64,000 nt of DNA from Candidatus Hydrogenedentota bacterium (GTDB lineage Bacteria; Hydrogenedentota; Hydrogenedentia; Hydrogenedentales; SLHB01). Location: the NCBI GenBank assembly GCA_963745075.1, contig CAVUWV010000012.1, positions 64,001 to 128,000 on the forward strand, in the 5' to 3' direction. The notes below the pieces were generated by a model. It worked only from the letters and a program-made list of their open reading frames with translations. It searched no databases and was not told where the DNA came from. The position numbers and the translations under genes are program-made. Of this stretch, positions 8,333-18,233 are shown one piece after another; within the stretch, counting starts at the first letter, position 1; each line of letters opens with the position of its first letter.

Positions 8333-10729
8333 TCACTCCGTTCGAATCAGCCATACTTCCGAGAGGCGGGACTTGTACCGCCAGTTGATCCCTGGCTCGG
8401 AGACGGGATCAAAAGTCAGCGTGATATTCCCGTCGGCATAGAGTTGCTTTGGCACGGGGAATTCCTTGATGTCGCCAATCTCTTTTCCGTAGATGGTCGG
8501 TTCCAACCGAGCGTCGTTCACCTTAGGGAAGCATTCACCGTTGCCCGTGGTGCGCACAGTATATTGCGCATCCGTCTCCAGCCCACTATACCGTAGAGCC
8601 AGGGGCCACTGGCCGCTAATCCACGATAGTCGCGTACGCCGCGCTCCATCGTCCCACCACATGAAGCCTGGGAGTGACACGTGCCGATCCTCGTAGATCG
8701 GTATCAGCGGACCAGACAGGTCATCGCCGCGCACGACGTGGGGAGCCTTGCCAACGTCGCCCACACTGTCGTAGAAGCTGCCCGGTCCCGGATGTTCCCA
8801 GCCGGCTATCGACTCAAGGCGAGCGCATTTCTCCTCTTCGGTACTCATCTCCCGGACCCTGGCAAACTCGTCTTCCAACCACCAACGGTTGTTGAGCGGG
8901 TAATCCAGGAAGTCCAGCACGGCGCCCCGTTCGCGTCCACTGGCGCCGTATTTGGGAACACTCGTTTGGAGACCGATGGAATTGAATAACTGGTCGCAAA
9001 GCGTAATCACACGGTCTCGTAGTTCAGGGCGGATACGGTCGGTCTCCGCCCGCTCGAGTACCGCCAGCGCTTCGTCCATAGCCTTTTCCGCGCCGTTGTC
9101 CTTCGCTTCGAGCAGCCGTGCGTTGGCCGTTTCTTCCAGTCCGCTTTCGTAGATGAGCCGGTCTCGTGTGTAGGCGTCGTAATACGCCCGCAACAGATAT
9201 AACTGCCAACGCCAATTATCTTTCAATTCCGGGTGTGCGGCCTCGAGTTTTTGCCACAGGACCAAGTTCGCGCCGACGGCGCCGTTGGTCGCGAGAGGGC
9301 CTTCGTACGTTCGCTCGAATGCTAAGATACCGTCCGCCGCTTCTTCCGCTACATCCGGCCCGAAGAAGACGCGGCAATACGCGACGAGTGTGTCGCGCAC
9401 GTCAGCCGAGGGGTCCCATCCCAGGGTACTCCATATAATCTTGTTCACGTCGTCGTGGACCCCGTCCGAATACGTGCTGAAACCATTTGTGAACGGGGCG
9501 AACTCATTGAACAGACGGGCGTAGAACCGAGGACGGGGATTGATTCCCTCCCGGCCCAATGTAAAGGCGATGGCCGGATCAGGCCACGGCACCTCATATT
9601 GGCATCGCACGATGTGGGTGATGTCCGGGTAGTCGCGCAAAGGGTAGTGAGCGTTCAGACGCGCGCGCGTGACCGGTAGAAAGGGACTGCCCGGCCCTGC
9701 GACCAATCCGCCAAGCCACTCTGGCATGTCCCTGTCGATCCATTCGTATACGGCGTCCGCTTTGGAACCACGAAAACCTTGCAGCGATAGCCAAACCTTT
9801 CCGTTGGGATGATATTTCATCAGGAGCTTCGCCATGTCTTCCAGATACGGGATCACCAATTCCGGTGGATTGTTGCCCGGGTCTCCGCCAGGGAAGAAGA
9901 TGTTGTCCATGCGTGGGCAGTCACGGAACAGTTCCTCAAGCTTGCGAAGGGCCTCGGCGCGTTTTTCCGTATCATTCAGATCGAAGTCTGCCGGCGTCCA
10001 AATCCAGTAGTCCAAGCCGTACTTCTCACATATGCGGCTGATGTCCACGTTCATTTTGCTGCGAGGGTAGGAGTTGACTGTGGGCCGGTCGTCCTGGAAC
10101 GGTATCCCTTCGATGGCGTTTGTGCCGAAGAAAGCCAGCTCCCGGATGTACTGGTCAAATTGCTCCGGACTCCACGCATCGTAGGAATTGGCGGTGGCGC
10201 GGTAGCCCAGTTGGTGCCCTCGAATCGGATAGCGGGGGGAAGTCGTCAAATTCAAGGCTTGCGGTAGACGCACACTCCCTTGACGACATTCGATCGTACG
10301 CAGCAGGCGTCCCACGCCGAATAGTGCGCCCCGCGGGTCGGCGCCTGCGATCCAGACCACCGGACGCTGTGGATTCGAGACATCCGTGGATATGCCATAG
10401 CCCTCCGGTTTGCCGATCGCGGCCTCGGCCGGGACTGACTTTCCGTCCAATGTGGCGTTCTCACCCGAGGTGATGGCAATAGCGCAACCGGACTCGGGCC
10501 AACGCGTGCTGACTTCCCATTTGGTCCCGGACCGTTTCTCGACTTCTTCTATGACCACTATTGCCGCGCTTTGTTCGGGTATGGGTGCCGCTTCTCCCCG
10601 TACTACCACCGTTGCATGGGTCAAGTCGATTCCCCCATCGGCGATGGCAGGCGTTGCTGCCGCGCAAACAAGGACGGCGAGTATCAAGACCGGGAACCCG
10701 GTCATGCGGGTGTTCCTACGAGTCAACAT
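8333..10729 (-). CDS. Secreted uncharacterised glycoside-hydrolase-like protein (GH20/GH67-type N-terminal domain + TIM-barrel-like core)
   Basis: Signal peptide; KPEGYGI..IAGADPRGALFGVGRLLR domain; paralogous to 10865..13402. Confidence 0.7.
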   Translation of the reverse strand: MLTRRNTRMTGFPVLILAVLVCAAATPAIADGGIDLTHATVVVRGEAAPIPEQSAAIVVIEEVEKRSGTKWEVSTRWPESGCAIAITSGENATLDGKSVPAEAAIGKPEGYGISTDVSNPQRPVVWIAGADPRGALFGVGRLLRTIECRQGSVRLPQALNLTTSPRYPIRGHQLGYRATANSYDAWSPEQFDQYIRELAFFGTNAIEGIPFQDDRPTVNSYPRSKMNVDISRICEKYGLDYWIWTPADFDLNDTEKRAEALRKLEELFRDCPRMDNIFFPGGDPGNNPPELVIPYLEDMAKLLMKYHPNGKVWLSLQGFRGSKADAVYEWIDRDMPEWLGGLVAGPGSPFLPVTRARLNAHYPLRDYPDITHIVRCQYEVPWPDPAIAFTLGREGINPRPRFYARLFNEFAPFTNGFSTYSDGVHDDVNKIIWSTLGWDPSADVRDTLVAYCRVFFGPDVAEEAADGILAFERTYEGPLATNGAVGANLVLWQKLEAAHPELKDNWRWQLYLLRAYYDAYTRDRLIYESGLEETANARLLEAKDNGAEKAMDEALAVLERAETDRIRPELRDRVITLCDQLFNSIGLQTSVPKYGASGRERGAVLDFLDYPLNNRWWLEDEFARVREMSTEEEKCARLESIAGWEHPGPGSFYDSVGDVGKAPHVVRGDDLSGPLIPIYEDRHVSLPGFMWWDDGARRTRLSWISGQWPLALRYSGLETDAQYTVRTTGNGECFPKVNDARLEPTIYGKEIGDIKEFPVPKQLYADGNITLTFDPVSEPGINWRYKSRLSEVWLIRTE

Positions 10730-10864
10730 GGCAAGACTTCCCCTTCCTAATCCGAGTCAAGTACTCCGTGGTGTCCCTTCCGAACTTCCACTCAAATCAG
10801 TCTCATTTCGCCACGAACCGGATTGTTTCCCCCAGGTTCTTGAGTTTTCATCTCTTCGATCGCA

Positions 10865-13402
10865 TTACATCCGGGCAGTCCACGGCATCTTGTCCTTGCG
10901 CATCAGCCAGATTTCATAAAGGGCGGAGATGGCCCGCCCGGGGGACTTGCCCGTCACGACGATCTGCACCTTCCCGTCACGGGTTAGTTCCTGTGGAACA
11001 TCAAATTCGAAGTAACCGATCTTGTCTGTCGGCACGTCGAAACCGTCGCTGATGACCGTGCCGTCCGCGTCGATGCCTTCCCTCGGTTTGAATCCCGGCG
11101 GGAGCCGCGAACCGATTTGGCCACCCACCGAAATCCGAACCACGTACTCCGCCTGCGGGTCGAGGTTCTCATAGTCGAAAGTGACGCCTCTGCCATTGGG
11201 GTCGCGGGAATAGGCCTGGTTGTACTGCGACATCTTCGCGGGGCCGGCAAACGGCTCGAAAGTCCACAGGGTATGCCCAAAGGTCAAATGCTTGGATTCC
11301 ATGGGCCAACCGACGTCGTCATAGTAGCCGCCTTCGCCGGGATCGTCGTAGTGCAAAATCATATTTGCGGCGTTCCGTAGTTTGGCCGCGTCCGGAGTGG
11401 TCAGTGCCTGTTGCACGTGTTCCTTCCACCAGCCCACCTCCGTCAGATCGTATTGGTCGACAATAAAGACGACTGGTTCCCGGTACCCAAAGGCCGCGTT
11501 TGACTCCTCGCTCCGCTGCGTGGCCTCATCGCGCAACGCCTTCATCGCCCCGGTTTCCAGGGGCTGTTCCAGCACGTTTAACGCCTTTTCAAAGTCGGGT
11601 TTAGGATTCTCCGCGGTTAATGCGTGCGAAAGCACGTTACCGGCCTGCCGTTTCAGGTCTTGACCCCGCTCCAACTCCATCTGGATGTAGCGATCCATGA
11701 GCGCCTTTTCCGTAATGACGCGCCAACGCCAGTCATCCTTGAGCAGGTTCGGCGGAATCTTCTTACCGGCCGAGCGCAAGAGAACGACGGCTTGGGCGAT
11801 GCCGGGGTTGCCCAGGACCGGCTTGTCGAGGGTCTCCTCCATCACAAAGATCGCTCGCGCCATCTCGTCCTGCGCCTCGGGGCCAAACCAGTACCGGCAA
11901 TACTCGTTGGTAATCGCTTCGGCGGTCTGGTGCGGATTCCACATCAGGCGATACCAGAACCACTTGTTGAAGTCGTCGTGTATCCCCTCGCTGTAATGCA
12001 TGTCGCCAACAGCGTAGTGAAAGATTTCCTGGCCGACCTTGTAGAAGTTCCGTGGACGGGCGTTCCAGGCTCGCCGGTCATAAACGGCCGCAAGAGCGAT
12101 GTCGGGGTGGGGGACGGCGTACTGGGCCTGCATCCAGTGGGTGATATCCGAGTAGAGGGCGATATTCGTCGTGCGCGGCAGCTCGTGGTGCATGAACTTC
12201 AGATAATTGCCGAGCGGACCGAACCCTTCGTACTCGAACCAGCGGGGATTCACCGGGCCGCGGATGTAAGTCTGCATCTCATCCGCTCCCGGGCCGTAGC
12301 GGATGGCGTAGAGCCAACTGGAGTCCTCGGAATTCAGGTAGTCGAAGATCGCCTGGTTGCCTTCGTTCGTCAGGTCCTGGTTCGTCGCGAGAACTTTCGT
12401 GTTTGGGTGATACTTGTGAAGGATGTCGGCAATCTCGTGAACCAGTTTGATGTAGGTACCACCCCAAGGCATGCATTTGTCGCAGCGACAGCCCCCCTCG
12501 TCGCCGGAGTTCGTCGTGTAAATGTCGTAATCCGGAGATTCGCGGAAGAATTTGTCGAAGGATTCCAGTAAGGCCTTACGGGCTTCTGGGACCGACGGGC
12601 AAACATATCTCCGCGACCGGCCGCCGTCTGCACGCCACTCCTCGGGAATGACGAAACCGTTGTCCATCTGGTTGGCGGTGCGGCCAAATGACGAGTACAC
12701 ACCGTACGTCTCGCGCAGTTGCACGGGATTGCCGCCGAACACGTTCGTGCCCAGGAGAATCTGGTCTTCCATGGTTTCGAGCGATTCTTCCGGGGTCTGT
12801 GGTCGAAGCTTTCCGAATTCACGGGCGCGGCTGCCCGCTCCATGGGGATTCCCTCCTCGCATCCAGAGGGCCGGCTTGTCGGTCACGTCCACCACGGGAA
12901 CCAACACGGATTCGGGGAGGTACGTCATCGCCCGAAGCATCCAACCGACTCCGTAGATGGTGCCCGGGCCGTCCGTGCCCGCTATGACGATGTAGTGCTT
13001 CCCATCATAAGTTCCGGACTTAACCGCGAAGCCCTCCGGGTGCAACGTCTCGGAATTAGGTAAAACCGGCAGCACGGCGCCGAATTGCGGCACCAGCTTT
13101 TTCGAAAGCACATTACCGCTCGTCGTGCCGACCACGAAGGTCACGTCCGCGTCGGTTGGCGCGGCGCTTTCGTCCTGGACCGCCACCGCCACGCTACTCC
13201 GCTTCTGCAGGCGTTTACTCAGGAGTTCGGCGGCTTTGAGTTCCGGTTGGGTGCTCTTCGCACCCGTAACAATGAGAATGTGCTTGGCCGTAATCGGCGG
13301 GTTAGCGGGTGCATCCTCGCCGTATACTCGGGCCGATACGGCAACAGCGAGCACGAGTAACGCAAACCATATGAATTCGGTAGACTGGGAGATACTTTTC
13401 AT
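10865..13402 (-). CDS. Secreted uncharacterised glycoside-hydrolase-like protein, paralog of 8333..10729
   Basis: ATG at 13402 with a GGAGGAG RBS; HPEGFAV..IAGTDGPGTIYGVG; shared motifs Y.DITH, YS.G.HDD.NK, WRW and PG.G.YD.VG. Confidence 0.7.
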   Translation of the reverse strand: MKSISQSTEFIWFALLVLAVAVSARVYGEDAPANPPITAKHILIVTGAKSTQPELKAAELLSKRLQKRSSVAVAVQDESAAPTDADVTFVVGTTSGNVLSKKLVPQFGAVLPVLPNSETLHPEGFAVKSGTYDGKHYIVIAGTDGPGTIYGVGWMLRAMTYLPESVLVPVVDVTDKPALWMRGGNPHGAGSRAREFGKLRPQTPEESLETMEDQILLGTNVFGGNPVQLRETYGVYSSFGRTANQMDNGFVIPEEWRADGGRSRRYVCPSVPEARKALLESFDKFFRESPDYDIYTTNSGDEGGCRCDKCMPWGGTYIKLVHEIADILHKYHPNTKVLATNQDLTNEGNQAIFDYLNSEDSSWLYAIRYGPGADEMQTYIRGPVNPRWFEYEGFGPLGNYLKFMHHELPRTTNIALYSDITHWMQAQYAVPHPDIALAAVYDRRAWNARPRNFYKVGQEIFHYAVGDMHYSEGIHDDFNKWFWYRLMWNPHQTAEAITNEYCRYWFGPEAQDEMARAIFVMEETLDKPVLGNPGIAQAVVLLRSAGKKIPPNLLKDDWRWRVITEKALMDRYIQMELERGQDLKRQAGNVLSHALTAENPKPDFEKALNVLEQPLETGAMKALRDEATQRSEESNAAFGYREPVVFIVDQYDLTEVGWWKEHVQQALTTPDAAKLRNAANMILHYDDPGEGGYYDDVGWPMESKHLTFGHTLWTFEPFAGPAKMSQYNQAYSRDPNGRGVTFDYENLDPQAEYVVRISVGGQIGSRLPPGFKPREGIDADGTVISDGFDVPTDKIGYFEFDVPQELTRDGKVQIVVTGKSPGRAISALYEIWLMRKDKMPWTARM

Positions 13403-13656
13403 GCTTGACTCCTCCACGAAAAATAGCCGGTGATCGATCCCGATCAAATGTAACAATAGAAACCTCATAGGGTTACACTTGAGTTGTCAAAGACGCACGT
13501 ATTCAATTTTAAGGTTTCCCCGGATGCATATTAGTCTTTCGTTCACACCCGAGCAAACTACAAAGATTCGGGAATTGACGCACGCATTCATATTCTAAAT
13601 GCACCAGTGGAGTGATTTGGAGAAGGGGTTGAGCGCGTGAGGAAGCAGCGGGATAC

Positions 13657-14309
13657 ATGAGCAAGAAAAAAGCCGAGGCCAAACGAGAAATTGCAGGCGT
13701 GGATCGACGGGCGGGAGCGCCATCGCTTGTCGCACGCGCACGTCCACATGGGCCGGAAATTGGGTATGAATCTGCGAAAGCTTGGCAAGATCGATAATCA
13801 TGACCAGGAACCGTGGAAGATTCCGTTAAGGGATTTCACCGAGTACCTCTACGAAAAGCGCTTCGGAAGGACGCGACCGGAGGTTGTCGTGATGGCCGAA
13901 GCCGTAGTCTGGTTTCGCAAATCCGCGGAACTGGCCGAACCTATGGGCCAGTTTCGCTTGGGTGTGTGCTATGCCGTCAGGCGATGGGGTGGAGCGCGAT
14001 GAATGCGAAACGGCTCATTGGTTTCAGCGGGCCGCGGACGCCGGGCTTGCGTCGGCCCAATTCAAGGTCGCCGTTCTATTCCTGACCGGCAGCGGCGTAC
14101 CCAAAGATCCCGCGCGGGCCGCGCAGTACCTGGTTCGCGCCGCCGAACAGGACTATGTTCGCGCGCAAACCAAGCTGGGCGAATGCTATTGTACGGGGCA
14201 AGGCGTCGCCAAGAACTGGGACGCCGCCGTAACGTGGCTTTGTCGGGCCGCGAAAGCGGGTGATGAGAATGCGGAACGACTACTTCGGCGATACGGCGTC
14301 CGCCATTAG
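13657..14309 (+). pseudogene. Frameshifted or chimeric locus: conserved small hypothetical protein N-part joined to Sel1-like repeats
   Basis: MSKKKPRPNEKLQAWID..RLSHAHVHM..PWK needs a 1-base correction in the A-run near 13670. It then runs into Sel1 repeats (AVVWFRKSAE..GDGVERD..AAQYLVRAAEQD), with a second frameshift near 13975. Confidence 0.6.
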
Positions 14310-14515
14310 CCCGGAAATCTCACCCGCACCAAGCATCGGATCTGTAACCCCAAACCGCCCTGGAGCTTCGCGTGTCCGTCCGAGTTTCTGGGTTCACAGA
14401 GTGCGTGCGAGAACTCTTCGACAGTGAGCCTACCGTTCATCTCGAAAGCATTTCTCACCGTACTCAACTCACCGGACCGCAATACGACGGCTTTCGGGGC
14501 CGTGAGAAATGCGGG
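14310..14515 (+). mobile_element. MITE-like element, copy 1 (206 bp)
   Basis: Ends CCCGGAAATCTCAC ... GTGAGAAATGCGGG, flanked by a perfect TTAG duplication (14306-14309 and 14516-14519); internal IR GCATTTCTCAC at 14448-14458. Confidence 0.8.
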
Positions 14516-14645
14516 TTAGGATTTACCGCGTCGTTGAGGAGAATCGGCGCTGCGCCCCGACGCGTGATGGCCGATTATAGTAACACGCTGGAATTGCCAG
14601 CCAAACCGTGCACGGTGGTGTGATCCAGCCCAGCGTGATAGCGAA

Positions 14646-17162
14646 TTATCCTGTGCTCTTCATGCCAAAGGCGATCCCATGCGCCGTAAGTGCGAGTAGC
14701 CGCTGGAGCGTCTCGTCCGGCTCGGTTTGGGAAGGCGCATTGCGCCACTGGCGCAGAAAATGAATCTGCAGATAGTTGAGCGGGTCCACATACGGATTTC
14801 GCAATTCGATCGACTCGGCGAGGACGTTATTATGCGCCAGGAGTTTGGAATGTTGCGAAACCTTCAGCACCATTTCGACTGTGCGGCGGTACTCCTGTTC
14901 AATCCGGCCGAAGATTTCGTCGCGTAACTTCTCTGATTCCACGAGTTGGGCGTATCGGCCGGCGATGTTCATGTCAGCTTTTGCCAGCGATGTTTCGGCG
15001 TTGTCCATCAGCAAGGCGAAGAACGGCCATTTGTCGTGCATTTCGCGCAGCAGCGCGAGCCCCTGTGGCTGTTCGTCGATGAGGCGCTCCAAGGCATGGC
15101 CAATGCCATACCATGCTGAAATCAAGTGGCGCGATTGCGTCCACGCGAAGACCCAGGGAATAGCCCGCAGGTTCACCAGGCCGCCGACTTTTTTTCGATG
15201 GCTGGGGCGGGAGCCGATCTTCAGGTGTTCGACGAGATCGATGGGGGTTGCCTGACGAAAATAGTCCAAGAAGCCGTCTGTCCCGTCAACCAATTGGAGA
15301 TAGAATGCGCGAGAGTCGTCGGCCAGACGGATCATCGCCGCTTCCCAGTCGGGAAGTTGTTCGGCGAATTCCTCGTTGGGCGAGGGCAGACATTCGGCGG
15401 CGATCACCGCGGAAGTAAGCTGCTCCAAATTTCGAACTGCTATCGCCGGACTGGAATACTTCAGCGAAATCACCTCTCCTTGCTCGGTGATGCGGATACG
15501 GCCGCCATGCACTGCCATCGGTTGAGCGCGGAGGGCCGTATGACTCTGACCGCCCCCGCGATCGATCGAGCCACCTTTCCCGTGAAAGAATCGCAGCCCA
15601 ATGGCACGTTCATCGGCAAGTTCCGCGAGTTCGCGTTCGGCGCGATACAGATTCCAATTGGCCGCGAGATAACCTCCATCCTTGTTCGAGTCGGAATACC
15701 CCAGCATTATCTCCTGCACGTCGCCCCGGTGGCTCAAATGACGACGATACGCGTCGTCATCCCAAAGCTCGCGCATTAGTCGGGTGCACCGTGTCAAGTC
15801 GTCGATTTTTTCGAACAGCGGAACAATATCGATCTCTTTGAGATCCACTTTGTGCGCTAGTTCAAGCAATTTCCGCACGTCGGCAGCGCTGTGTGTCATG
15901 CTGAGAATGTAGCGATTCGATGCGCCTGCGCCGTATTGCACTTGCAGATCGCGTTGAGTGCGGAACTGCTGGAGAATTGCCTCTTCATCGGTGTGTAATT
16001 TGTCGCTGTCGTCGCGAAAATCGAGTTCCGCCAAATGAAATCCGAAAACCTGCGTTTGACGAATGAGCCGGGCAATTCGCCCTTCAGCCGCACGGTGGGC
16101 GCCTTGCTGATACAGTTGATGGCGAATCCATTCCAAATCGGCGATAAACTCTTCGGGGGACGCGAATCCGCTGGACGGGTCGGACAACCTCTGTAAAATC
16201 GCGACAAGGTGTTTTCGAAGTATTTCATTTGCCTGAAAACGAATCCGCGGCAATACTTCCTTCACCGTATCCGGCAGCGAATCATCATCCGACGGCGGTC
16301 GCTTGGCCTTTGGCTCGGCATGTTGGCCCTCATCTTGGGCCTGCCCTGCGTGGCTCAATTCCGCGAACAGCAGGCTAAGCTGTCTTCGGTAGAACGCGAG
16401 CACGCGTTGCCGCTGCAATTGCATGGCCCGTCGACTGATCTCGGGTGTGACATAGGGATTGCCGTCGCGATCGCCGCCGATCCAAGTCGCCAACGTTAGG
16501 AACGGTCTGCGCAGGCGCACGGTTGGAAACGAACTTGCCAACTCCTGGTTGATAATTGCGTAGAAATCTGCTACTGCTTCGAAGATTGTGCGGTCGAAGA
16601 AGGAAAGTGCATTTTCGACTTCGTCAAGCGGACCCGGGCGACAGCGGCGCACTTCTTCCGTCAGCCAAAGGGTTTCCAAAATCTCATCGGGTTCGGCGGG
16701 CCATTCGCGCAATCGCCAAAGGTGATACAACACACTATCCCGCTTCGCCTCAGTGGGGTGCGCTGTCAACACCGGCTGAATTTCCAGGTCATCAAGGATG
16801 GACTGCAGCTTTTCGGCCGGCACACCAGATTCGTTTAGTTCCCGGAAGATCCGCCGCAATGATTGTTTCGGCTCTGGGGCCTCGCGCAATTTCCGTGTCC
16901 TGGCCCTCTCCTCGCAGAGGTTTACGAGCTGAAAGAAAAGACTGAAAGCGTGTGCCGTTTGTTCCGCTTCCCGAACGGTCAGACTTTCCGCAAGCTGCTG
17001 CAGTTTGCTCGTTTTCGTGGGATTCGGTTTGTGCCTTGTCCTTTTTGCCAGCTTGCGAAACTGTTCAACGTGCCGGAAAACCTTATCCCCGGCCAATTCG
17101 CGAACAATGCCTCCCAAGCGGGTCGTGATAAAGCGAACTTCATTGCGCAATTTCCGGTCCAT
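14646..17162 (-). CDS. ppc: Phosphoenolpyruvate carboxylase
   Basis: VLTAHPTE, WIGGDRDGNP, QEIMLGYSDSNKDGG, TEQGE, LRAIPWVFAWTQSR and LRNPYVDPLN motifs; ATG at 17162 with a GGAGG RBS. Confidence 0.97.
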   Translation of the reverse strand: MDRKLRNEVRFITTRLGGIVRELAGDKVFRHVEQFRKLAKRTRHKPNPTKTSKLQQLAESLTVREAEQTAHAFSLFFQLVNLCEERARTRKLREAPEPKQSLRRIFRELNESGVPAEKLQSILDDLEIQPVLTAHPTEAKRDSVLYHLWRLREWPAEPDEILETLWLTEEVRRCRPGPLDEVENALSFFDRTIFEAVADFYAIINQELASSFPTVRLRRPFLTLATWIGGDRDGNPYVTPEISRRAMQLQRQRVLAFYRRQLSLLFAELSHAGQAQDEGQHAEPKAKRPPSDDDSLPDTVKEVLPRIRFQANEILRKHLVAILQRLSDPSSGFASPEEFIADLEWIRHQLYQQGAHRAAEGRIARLIRQTQVFGFHLAELDFRDDSDKLHTDEEAILQQFRTQRDLQVQYGAGASNRYILSMTHSAADVRKLLELAHKVDLKEIDIVPLFEKIDDLTRCTRLMRELWDDDAYRRHLSHRGDVQEIMLGYSDSNKDGGYLAANWNLYRAERELAELADERAIGLRFFHGKGGSIDRGGGQSHTALRAQPMAVHGGRIRITEQGEVISLKYSSPAIAVRNLEQLTSAVIAAECLPSPNEEFAEQLPDWEAAMIRLADDSRAFYLQLVDGTDGFLDYFRQATPIDLVEHLKIGSRPSHRKKVGGLVNLRAIPWVFAWTQSRHLISAWYGIGHALERLIDEQPQGLALLREMHDKWPFFALLMDNAETSLAKADMNIAGRYAQLVESEKLRDEIFGRIEQEYRRTVEMVLKVSQHSKLLAHNNVLAESIELRNPYVDPLNYLQIHFLRQWRNAPSQTEPDETLQRLLALTAHGIAFGMKSTG

Positions 17163-17226
17163 CGTAGCCTCCTGGAAGGTCGCATAAAAATACCAGTATA
17201 TCGGGTGTGCACGTCGCAAGTCATAG

Positions 17227-17434
17227 CCCGAGTTTCTCACCGCGCAATGGCGGTCGTTTCGCGGACCGATCGCGGTGGACGGCGGTGAGAGACGCCCCCG
17301 AGAAAATTTGCAAGCTCACTGTCGAGAAATTCTCACACGCACACGGTCAAATTGAGAAACCTTGGTCGTAGTTGAACGGTATAGTGCTCACAGCGGTTAC
17401 ACGGTACGAGTGTCGCGCGTGTGAGAATTCCGCG
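17227..17434 (-). mobile_element. MITE-like element, diverged copy in reverse orientation (208 bp)
   Basis: Ends CCCGAGTTTCTCACCGC ... GTGAGAATTCCGCG; flanks ATAG and CTAG; the reverse complement of the interior (GTGCGTGTGAGAATTTCTCGACAGTGAGCTT) matches the other copies. Confidence 0.7.
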
Positions 17435-18170
17435 CTAGGCCCCGTTTTCCGGGGGGGTCAATTGACTCCGGATAAGCTCGATCTCATAGAGCGCCTCATC
17501 GTCATAGCGGACAAGCCGGAACAGGGCCACCGGGTCGGGGACGGTGGCGTCGAACGTAAACTCGCCAAAGGCGTATTCGCCTATTACGCCGAAGAGCTGC
17601 GTCTTCCACTTCGGATCCGTGGCGGGCGGGCCGTCGCCACGGCCGCCCAGGCTCGCGGGCTCGAATTCGTAGAATTGGTAGCCCGAGGGTCGCGGGATGG
17701 TGAAAATTCGCGCGCCATGACGATCGCCCGAAATCAGGAGCACGCCCGGAATGCGGTGCTTCTCGATAAGGTTGAAAATTCGATCGCGCGCTTCCGGATC
17801 GTAAACGCCCCACGAGTCCTCGCCGTGGGTCACGTCGTCACTCCACATCGTGCCGCATGAGAGAATGATAAATGGCCCCGTGCAGTCCAGCAATTGCGTT
17901 TCCAGCCACTGCATCTGCTCCGGCCCGAGCAGGTTCCCGCTTTTGCCCTCTTCCCGCGCCGTGCGGAAGTAGCGATGGTCCACCATGATGATGTCGCAAC
18001 ATCCCACGCGGGTACGGAGGAAGACCCCGCGGCGCTCATCATTGAATCCCCAGGAGGGGTTGTTCCAGGCGTGCCGGAACACTTCCCAGACCCCTTGCCG
18101 GTCCTTGTCGGTGAACCCCTCCGGGATACCCCATCCGTCATTCTTGAAATAATCGAGATCGCAGACGGCG
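17435..18170 (-). pseudogene. C-terminal fragment of a PhoD-like alkaline phosphatase
   Basis: DHRYFR, LLGPEQMQWL, DSWG and LISGDRH motifs are present. There is no N-terminal half or credible start, and the WDDHD motif is degenerate (VCDLDY). Confidence 0.65.
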
Positions 18171-18233
18171 CTTCCTGAGTGCGGGTAATGTTCAAACTTC
18201 CGATGGGGATAGGTGGATGCCCTCGACATACGT

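Noticed and set aside
17163..17240. N-terminal extension of ppc predicted by the ORF track
   Set aside because: The GTG start lies inside the MITE; the ATG at 17162 has a GGAGG RBS.
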